A DNA stretch of 64,000 nucleotides, taken from contig CAVYGB010000010.1 of assembly GCA_963767925.1 (NCBI GenBank), forward strand, positions 640,001-704,000, read 5' to 3'. A program made the translations under genes and the position numbers. This DNA comes from an uncultured delta proteobacterium (lineage in GTDB: Bacteria; Myxococcota_A; Polyangia; Fen-1088). The notes under the pieces were generated by a model that was not told the DNA's origin, ran no database searches, and saw nothing but the letters and a program-made list of their open reading frames with translations. Every line of letters starts with the position of its first letter. The stretch's first letter is position 1. This document shows positions 57,542 through 64,000 of the stretch, in pieces.

Positions 57542-57996
57542 GCGCGGGGAAGACCGGCCCGGCGCTGCTGCTCGTCCTCACCGGGCTGTCCTGTGGCCCC
57601 GGGCCCGGGCCGCCGCCGGCCTCTCTGCTGCCGGCGGATCACGCGACCCGCTTCACGACCGTGCGGGACTGCCGGCCCAGCGTCGACCACGGCCTGGTGC
57701 GCATCACGATCAAAGTCGACCCCGCGCTGGCCGCCCGCTACCAGGCCGGGCCCTACCCGTTTCCGGCCGGCTCGCTCATCGTGAAGGAGGAGTTCGCCGA
57801 CCCCGCCTGCACCGACCGGCTGGGCTGGACCCTCATGGAGAAGCAGCCCGACGGCTACGACGATCGCCACGGCGACTGGCGCTGGCAGCGCCTCGACGCC
57901 GGGGGAAACTTGCTGGAGGACGGAAAGCTCGCCGGCTGCGCGAGCTGCCACGCCAGCGGCTGCCGGGCCCGCGATCTGGCCTGCGCCGAGCCATGA
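57538..57996 (+). CDS. Cytochrome P460-like c-type cytochrome lipoprotein
   Basis: GLSC lipobox, FPAGSLIVKE, MEK..GYD..HGDWRW, CASCH; start probably CTG overlapping the upstream stop. Confidence 0.75.
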   Translation: MSAGKTGPALLLVLTGLSCGPGPGPPPASLLPADHATRFTTVRDCRPSVDHGLVRITIKVDPALAARYQAGPYPFPAGSLIVKEEFADPACTDRLGWTLMEKQPDGYDDRHGDWRWQRLDAGGNLLEDGKLAGCASCHASGCRARDLACAEP

Positions 57997-58082
57997 CGAC
58001 CGGACCGGGACATCGAAGTCCAGGAGCAGAGCGCCAGATCCGGAGTCGGGCACGCGACCCCGCCCGCTCCGGAGGGTCCGGC

Positions 58083-58099
58083 TTGGCGCGCACCTTGCT
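58083..58099 (+). promoter_or_regulatory. sigma54 -24/-12 promoter
   Basis: TTGGCGCGCACCTTGCT, conserved C 14 nt before ATG 58112. Confidence 0.7.
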
Positions 58100-58111
58100 C
58101 ACCTGGCGGAC

Positions 58112-59977
58112 ATGCGAACCGGCAATCGGCGATCCCGACCCCTGCTCGTGATGCTGGCCTGGGCGGCGTTCTTCAGCCTGGCCCCGCCGGCGCGGCGGGC
58201 AGACGCCTGCGGCGGCTTCTTCTGCAACCAGCCCAACGGCCCCGACGACCAGCCGGTGGCCCAGACCGCGGAGAACGTGCTGTTCGCGATGGAGCGGGCG
58301 CCCAGCGGGCAGTTCCAGCTCGAGGCCCACGTGCAGATCTTCTACACCGGTCCGGCCGATCGCTTCTCCTGGGTGGTGCCGGTCGACAGCGAGCCCACCC
58401 TGGGGGTGGGCAGCAACGCCGTGTTCACGGCCCTGCTCGCGGCCACCCAGCCCCGCTTCGAGCTCGAGTGGCGCACCTCCGGCACCTGCCGGCCCTCGGC
58501 GCCGCCGCCACCACCGGCCGCGCCGGCACCAGCGCCACCGCCCGTGGTGAGCCCCCCCGGGACGCCAGGCTCGGGCGTCGCGGTCAGCTTCCGGGGCAAC
58601 GTCGGCCCTTACGACGCCGCCATCCTCCGCTCCACCGACCGCAACGACCCCAAGCCGCTCATCGACTGGCTCGCGCTCAACAAGTACTTCGTGACCCCCG
58701 AGGCGGTCCGCCTCATCGAGGAGTACGTGCGGGCCGACCGCCACTTCGTCGCCATCCGCCTGCAGGCCGAGCGCGGGGTCAACGAGATCGAGCCGCTCGT
58801 GATGCGTTTCCTCGGCCCCGGCCCCTGCGTGCCGCTCAAGCTGACCGCCATCGCCTCCATCCGCGACCTGCGCATCAACCTCTGGGTGCTCGCCGACGGC
58901 CGGGTCGTCCCCGACAACTTCTACGAGATGGAGATCAACCCGGCCCGCATCGACTGGTTCAACGGCGGCCGCAACTACGAGGAGCTGGTCAAGGAGGCGG
59001 CCGACCAGGCCGGCGGCAACGCCTTCATCACCGAGTTCGCCGGCCCGGCCTCCCTGCTGAAGGGCCGCCTGTTCCAGCCCGGTCAATACGACTTCGCCGC
59101 GGTCGCCGCCAGCGCCAACCCACCCGACGCCCTCGACCGGATCGGCGTCATGCCCTTCGCCCGGGACAACACCCTGCTCGCCATCTTGCGCACCCACATC
59201 CCCGTCCCCGCCCGCCTGGTGGCCATGGGCATCGACGAGCGCACCTTCTACAACCAGCTCCGGCTCTACTGGTCGCAATACCAGACCGACTTCGCGCCCT
59301 TCGACGCCCAGGCCCTCGCCGCGGCGCTGGAGGAGAAGTTCGTCACCGCCCCCCGCAAGATCCAGGCGCTGTTCGACCAGCACGCCCGGCTGACCCGCCT
59401 GTCCACCTTCATCTCGCCCGAGGAGATGACCGTCGACCCGACCTTCGTCGCCAACCCGACCTTGCCCGACGTGCCCGCCACCCGCCGGGCCGTCGCCACC
59501 CGGGTGTGCGGCGATAGCCAGTACGACGCCTGCACGGCTCCCGTCCGCCTGGAGGCCCCTGGCACCGACGCCGTCTGGTTCCGCCCCCGGCCCCAGCCGG
59601 TCTGCTACGGCCAGACCTTCGACTACGATCGGGCCGCGCTCGACGGGATGCCCGCCCTCTACCGCGCCTGGGCCCGCACCAGCCTGGGCGAAGGCGCCGT
59701 TCGCCTGGATCGACGCCAGACCATCGGCAACGCCATCCGCGCCCACAACGCCATCTCCACCCGAAACTCCCCCGCGACGCCCGACGCCGGCCGCCCCGGG
59801 CCCGGAACCCGCGACGGCGGTCACGTCAGAGACGGCGGCCACGGCGGCACGCCCGTGACGGGATCGATGGGCGGCGGCTGCGGCTGTCAGCTTGGCGCGC
59901 GGTCCGCCGGCACCGCCCTACCCCTCGTCATCGGAGCGATCGCCCTGGCAATCCGCCGCCTCCGCCGCCGCCCGTAG
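58112..59977 (+). CDS. DUF2330 domain protein with MYXO-CTERM-like sorting signal
   Basis: ADACGGFFC, FSWVVPV, VGPYD, L.DWL..N.Y, LTRLSTFISPEEMTVDP; C-terminal GGGCGC...TM...RRLRRR. Confidence 0.9.
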   Translation: MRTGNRRSRPLLVMLAWAAFFSLAPPARRADACGGFFCNQPNGPDDQPVAQTAENVLFAMERAPSGQFQLEAHVQIFYTGPADRFSWVVPVDSEPTLGVGSNAVFTALLAATQPRFELEWRTSGTCRPSAPPPPPAAPAPAPPPVVSPPGTPGSGVAVSFRGNVGPYDAAILRSTDRNDPKPLIDWLALNKYFVTPEAVRLIEEYVRADRHFVAIRLQAERGVNEIEPLVMRFLGPGPCVPLKLTAIASIRDLRINLWVLADGRVVPDNFYEMEINPARIDWFNGGRNYEELVKEAADQAGGNAFITEFAGPASLLKGRLFQPGQYDFAAVAASANPPDALDRIGVMPFARDNTLLAILRTHIPVPARLVAMGIDERTFYNQLRLYWSQYQTDFAPFDAQALAAALEEKFVTAPRKIQALFDQHARLTRLSTFISPEEMTVDPTFVANPTLPDVPATRRAVATRVCGDSQYDACTAPVRLEAPGTDAVWFRPRPQPVCYGQTFDYDRAALDGMPALYRAWARTSLGEGAVRLDRRQTIGNAIRAHNAISTRNSPATPDAGRPGPGTRDGGHVRDGGHGGTPVTGSMGGGCGCQLGARSAGTALPLVIGAIALAIRRLRRRP

Positions 59978-60021
59978 ATCGCACGCGCGCAAGAGAATCA
60001 CGCCACCCCCGCCGTCGTTCG

Positions 60022-60061
60022 CCCTCGCCCCGCGGCAGCGGGGAGAGGGTGGGGCGAGGGG
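60022..60061. repeat. REP-like palindrome between convergent genes
   Basis: CCCTCGCCCCGC-GGCA-GCGGGGAGAGGG-TGGGGCGAGGGG. Confidence 0.65.
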
Positions 60062-60084
60062 TCCGCCGCCCGCGCCTGGCGCCG

Positions 60085-62340
60085 CTACTTGAGGCGGTCG
60101 CAGCCGAGGCGGCCGATAGCCCGCTGCAGGCGCGGATTGGTCAGCGGGTTGTCCCCCACGTCGCGCAGGGAGAGGCGAAACAGGGTGGCCGCCCGGCAGG
60201 CGTCGCCGTGGCCGGTCAGCGCGCGGGCCAGCCACACCCGGGCCAGCGGCCGCAGCCCGCTGCGACGGGCCAGCGTGCCCGCGACGTAGGCCGCGACCGG
60301 ACCGGGAGGGACGCGGCCGTAGCGCTCGCGCAGGCGCCTGGTGACCTCCAGGGCCGCCGCCGGGTTGCGCGCGCGCGCCCCCCGTGTGATGAGCTGCAGG
60401 TCGCGGTCGCCGCCGGTGCTCTTGCGAATGCTCTCGAGGAGCTGCAAGAGGGCGGGCGAGTCGGGCGGCCCCACGAAGACCGAGCGGGCCGCCACCAGCC
60501 GCGCCTCCGGCCCGGGGGGCGCCCCCTCGGGGAGCTGCACCCGCCGGGTGGTGGCGATCTCGACCCCGATGCGCGCCCAGGCCAGCGGCGGCAGGGCCCG
60601 ATCGGCCAGCACCTCGGCCCGGCCCAGCAGCACCTTGGCCTCCCGCACGGCCCCCAGGTTGGCCAGCGCCTGCGAGGTGAGGCCAAGCAGGCGCGGCTCG
60701 GCCGGCACGACGGCGGCGGCGGCGAGCGCCTGGGTCAAGGCCGCCCGCCGGGTGCCCGCCCGGCGCAGGACCAGCGCCCGATCCAGCCGGCAGGCGGCCG
60801 CCAGGGTGGGGATGCGGGTCTCGTCCTCCTTGCAGGCCTGGCCGACGATCGCCACCTCCTCGGGCGGCAGCTTGCCGCCGCGGGCCTGGTGCGCCTCCAT
60901 GAGGAGCTGCAGGGCCAGCGGGTGGCGGGGCGAATCGGTGAGCACCGCCCGGGCGATGGCCAGCGCGCGCTCCGGATCGCCCCGATCGAGCGACAGCTCA
61001 CCCGACAGCAGCCGCCCCAGGGGAAAGGGAGAGTTCTCGGAGTCGGGCCCCAGCCGCTCGAGCGCCGCCGCCGCCTCGCCGTTGCGGCTGAGCCGCCGCG
61101 CCTCCACGAACCGGAGCAGCGGCGTCTGCCCGGTGGCCAGCCCGAGCGCCCGCGAGGCGGCCTCGGCTCCCGCCCGATCCCCGCGCGCCAGGCGCAGCAG
61201 CACCCGGGCGCCGGCCAGCTCCTCGGGCGGCGCCTCGTTGCCCAGCCCGGCGAGCAGCTCGTCGGTGAGGACCTCGGTCGGTCGATCGGCGGGACGGCCG
61301 TACTCCGAGGCCAGCAGGGCGCTCGCCAGCAGCGCGCGGTTGACCGCCGGTGTCGGGCGCGGCGCCCGCAGGCGGCGATCCTTGACCAGCAGGGCCACCA
61401 GCTCGTCGAACCCGGCGGCCCCCAGCGGGCCCGGACCATCTTCGTCGGCCAGCGGGCCGGTCGGTGTGCTCGAGCCGGTCCCCGCGGTCCGCTCGCGGGT
61501 GGTCCCGGGCTTCGGGCGCAGGGCCCAGCTCGTGATCACGACGGTGAGCGCAGCCAGCGTGAAGAGGATGACCCCCGCCACCGTCAGCACCGCGCTCGGG
61601 TGGCGGCGGGTCCAGGCGCTGACCGCCGCGAACAGGCCACGGAGCGGTTTCTTCTCCCGGGCGGTGACGGGCGCCTTGCGGGCCGCCGCCGGCGGCGGAG
61701 GTGCGTAGCCCGCCCCCGCCGGCAAGGTCCGGGTCGGCACCGCCCCGGCGCCCGCCCCGCCCGCGGGCGGAGCGAGCGTCTCGAGCGGCGGCGAGGCGTC
61801 GGTGACGGCGGGCCCCTCCCAGGTCTGCCGCCGGCGGCGGGGTGGCGCTGGCGGCTGTGCCCGCGTCCTGCCCGGTTCGGTCGGGACGGGCTGGCCGGGC
61901 TGAGCGGGCTGGCCGGGGCGGGGCGCGCCCATGACCTGCTGGATCAGCTCGGCGACCCGGGCCTGGCCGGGGGAGATGGCCTCGGCCCGCAACAGGACAT
62001 CGGAGGCGCGCGGGTAGTCCCCCAGCGCGACGAGGACCTCGGCCAGCCAGCGGTGCGCGGCGAAGAAGGCCGGGTTGCGGGCGACCACCTGCTCGAGCAG
62101 CCCGCGAGCCTGATCGAGGCGCCCCTGCTCGCCCCAGGCCCGGGCCAGCACCACCTGCGCGCTCGGCAGGTTGGGCGATTGCCCCAGCAACGATCGGGCC
62201 AGATCCTCCGCCTCCGGGGCGCGACCGTCGTCGCAAAGATTGTGAGCGAGGGCGACGAGTTGCATGACCCGCGCCTGCGGCGTCTCAGTCCCGATGGCTC
62301 CGCTGCTCGCTCTCAATCTAGGTTCCGGAGACTTGGTCAT
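60085..62340 (-). CDS. TPR-repeat single-pass membrane protein
   Basis: N-terminal TPRs, Pro-rich linker, TM VLTVAGVILFTLAALTVVI, helical C-terminal region. Confidence 0.8.
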   Translation of the reverse strand: MTKSPEPRLRASSGAIGTETPQARVMQLVALAHNLCDDGRAPEAEDLARSLLGQSPNLPSAQVVLARAWGEQGRLDQARGLLEQVVARNPAFFAAHRWLAEVLVALGDYPRASDVLLRAEAISPGQARVAELIQQVMGAPRPGQPAQPGQPVPTEPGRTRAQPPAPPRRRRQTWEGPAVTDASPPLETLAPPAGGAGAGAVPTRTLPAGAGYAPPPPAAARKAPVTAREKKPLRGLFAAVSAWTRRHPSAVLTVAGVILFTLAALTVVITSWALRPKPGTTRERTAGTGSSTPTGPLADEDGPGPLGAAGFDELVALLVKDRRLRAPRPTPAVNRALLASALLASEYGRPADRPTEVLTDELLAGLGNEAPPEELAGARVLLRLARGDRAGAEAASRALGLATGQTPLLRFVEARRLSRNGEAAAALERLGPDSENSPFPLGRLLSGELSLDRGDPERALAIARAVLTDSPRHPLALQLLMEAHQARGGKLPPEEVAIVGQACKEDETRIPTLAAACRLDRALVLRRAGTRRAALTQALAAAAVVPAEPRLLGLTSQALANLGAVREAKVLLGRAEVLADRALPPLAWARIGVEIATTRRVQLPEGAPPGPEARLVAARSVFVGPPDSPALLQLLESIRKSTGGDRDLQLITRGARARNPAAALEVTRRLRERYGRVPPGPVAAYVAGTLARRSGLRPLARVWLARALTGHGDACRAATLFRLSLRDVGDNPLTNPRLQRAIGRLGCDRLK

Positions 62341-62754
62341 ATCCGCGTGATCACCGCACCCACCGCCCGCCCCGTGGATGGGACACCATCCACCACAAGC
62401 TGGGCCTGGTCATGTTTCCTGGAGTCGTCCCAACGGGCGTGCGCAACTGGGCCACCGCCAGCGGCTGCTCGAACCCTCTTGGGTTCTCCCCCTGAAGACG
62501 GCCGCGGACGATGGACTTCGAGCGGATGCTGGGCCAGCGGAAGCCTCGGATCCTCTGACCCGAGCGCCGGGCATTTTGCGTGAGGACCTCCCTCCGAGCA
62601 ACTTGTTCGTTCAGGGGGAATGTCGGCAAATTGCAACCGCTCTGTGCGCCGCTGGTGACAAGTGGAAGGACCACCTCCCGGGACCGGTCTGGCATCGGTG
62701 GCCGGCGGGCGCCTCGACCGGCGTCGGCCGGCCGGACGGTGTATGTTCCCGCGA

Positions 62755-63303
62755 ATGAAGTACAGCCAAGCACTTGCCGTGCTGGTCGCCATGACCGGCA
62801 CCGCGTACGCCCAGAAGCCGGTCAAGGTCACGATCAACCACATCGGTGAAAACGGGGTCGGCAAGCCCGCCGGCACCATCACCATCAAGCAGACGAAGGA
62901 AGGCCTGGAGCTCCAGACCGACCTCAAGGGTCTGACCCCCGGAGAGCACGGGTTCCACCTGCACGAGAACGGGAGCTGCGACCCCGGCGAGAAGGAGGGG
63001 GTCAAGACCGCGGGTCACGCCGCCGGCGCCCACTTCGACCCCGAAGGCACCAAGGCCCACAAGGGCCCGGGCGGTGGGGGCCACAAGGGCGACCTGCCGA
63101 AGCTGGTCTTCACTCCGAAGGGGACCCTCAAGGCCAAGCTGAAGGTCCACGGACTTACCTTCGACGACGTGGCCGGGCGCGCCTTCATGATCCACGACGG
63201 CGGCGACAACTACGCCGACGACCCCAAGCCCCTCGGCGGCGGCGGTGGTCGCATCGCGTGTGGAGTCATTCCCGCTGCTACCGCCGCTAAACCGAAAAAA
63301 TAA
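62755..63303 (+). CDS. sodC: Periplasmic Cu/Zn superoxide dismutase
   Basis: HGFHLH, AHFDP, H.GP...HKGDLP, IH..GDNY, GGGGRIACGVI; signal peptide. Confidence 0.97.
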   Translation: MKYSQALAVLVAMTGTAYAQKPVKVTINHIGENGVGKPAGTITIKQTKEGLELQTDLKGLTPGEHGFHLHENGSCDPGEKEGVKTAGHAAGAHFDPEGTKAHKGPGGGGHKGDLPKLVFTPKGTLKAKLKVHGLTFDDVAGRAFMIHDGGDNYADDPKPLGGGGGRIACGVIPAATAAKPKK

Positions 63304-63364
63304 ATGTTACCTGGCCCACGATTCCCATCCGAAAAATAATTCAAGGGGGCCCCCCGAGCGGTCG

Positions 63365-63859
63365 ATGTCTCCTGCCCAGAGCAAGGAGTACATGGCTGCA
63401 GGAAAACTGGGTCGCAGGGATCTGTTCCGGGTGCTGGGTGCAACGGCGGGTGCGGTGTGCGGGGGCATGGCGGCGTGTGGGGGCAGTGAGATGGTCACCC
63501 GCAAGGAGCTGGTCCCGCTGCCCGACGCGCGCGAGGGGCTGATCCTCATCCCGGTGGCCGACTTTCCCCAGCTCCTCCAGGTGGGGGGCTGTGTGGTGGG
63601 GGAGGCGGCCGGCATGGCCGACCCGGTGGCGATCGCCCGCCAGGAAGGCGACCGCTTCCTCGCGGTGCGGGCCCTGTGCACGCACATGGTCTGCATCCTG
63701 CGCTTCAATCCGCTCAACGTGACGCTCGACTGTCCCTGCCACGGGTCGACCTTCGAGGTCGACGGGCGGGTCATCAACGGCCCCGCCGTCCAGCCCCTGG
63801 CCCCTCTGGTCACCCGCTTCGACGGAACCATGCTGAGCGTCCAGCTCTCTCCCGCCTGA
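63365..63859 (+). CDS. Tat-exported Rieske [2Fe-2S] protein
   Basis: GRRDLF twin-Arg signal, CTHMVC and CPCHGS.F; alternative start 63392. Confidence 0.92.
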   Translation: MSPAQSKEYMAAGKLGRRDLFRVLGATAGAVCGGMAACGGSEMVTRKELVPLPDAREGLILIPVADFPQLLQVGGCVVGEAAGMADPVAIARQEGDRFLAVRALCTHMVCILRFNPLNVTLDCPCHGSTFEVDGRVINGPAVQPLAPLVTRFDGTMLSVQLSPA

Positions 63860-64000
63860 GCCGCCAGCGCGAGCTTCGCGCGCCCGGGCGGCGGGGTGCC
63901 CGTGGTCGGCCGTCGGGCCAGATCCGTCGGCGTCCGTCGGCTCGCTGCGTGCCCGAGCGGCGGCCGCGCGCGGCGGGGTTATACTGCGGGCCATGTCCAT

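Noticed and set aside
62341..62740. Possible small gene or ncRNA between the TPR gene and sodC
   Set aside because: Lower-GC divergent promoter region; ORFs lack codon bias and motifs.
63292..63341. Direct repeat CCGAAAAA(A)TAA between sodC and the Rieske gene
   Set aside because: Short, and the first copy is sodC coding sequence; not enough support for a regulatory call.
63980..64000. TATACT-N7-ATG at the window edge, possible start of the next gene
   Set aside because: Only 8 nt of putative coding sequence are inside the window.

Overview
High-GC window whose gene content points to Myxococcota (three Hanks-type Ser/Thr kinases, a DUF1592/DUF1552 pair, Cys-rich and MYXO-CTERM-like secreted proteins, a Myxococcus-type LexA box). 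About 45 genes or gene remnants; I saw no rRNA, tRNA or CRISPR array. Several single-base indels (about 8325, 8460, 26625, 39675, 40612, 42045) split otherwise intact genes and probably reflect long-read errors. Main observations: (1) two paralogous secreted proteins (17337-20075 and 25227-27814), each with 23-24 N-L-x-G pentapeptide repeats, a shared ~350-aa core domain I cannot assign to a family, and different C-terminal glycan-binding modules; they lie next to a pseudo-receiver histidine kinase and a convergent Ser/Thr kinase pair. (2) An ABC exporter whose two permeases carry one intact and one degenerate gluzincin-like peptidase domain. (3) An ECF sigma factor fused to a TM helix and a LamG domain, upstream of a GH29 fucosidase. 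(4) sigma54 boxes exactly 14 nt before start codons and -10 hexamers 6-7 nt before start codons, suggesting widespread leaderless transcription. (5) An uncharacterised gene behind a LexA-like box. All family assignments come from motif recognition by eye, not database searches.
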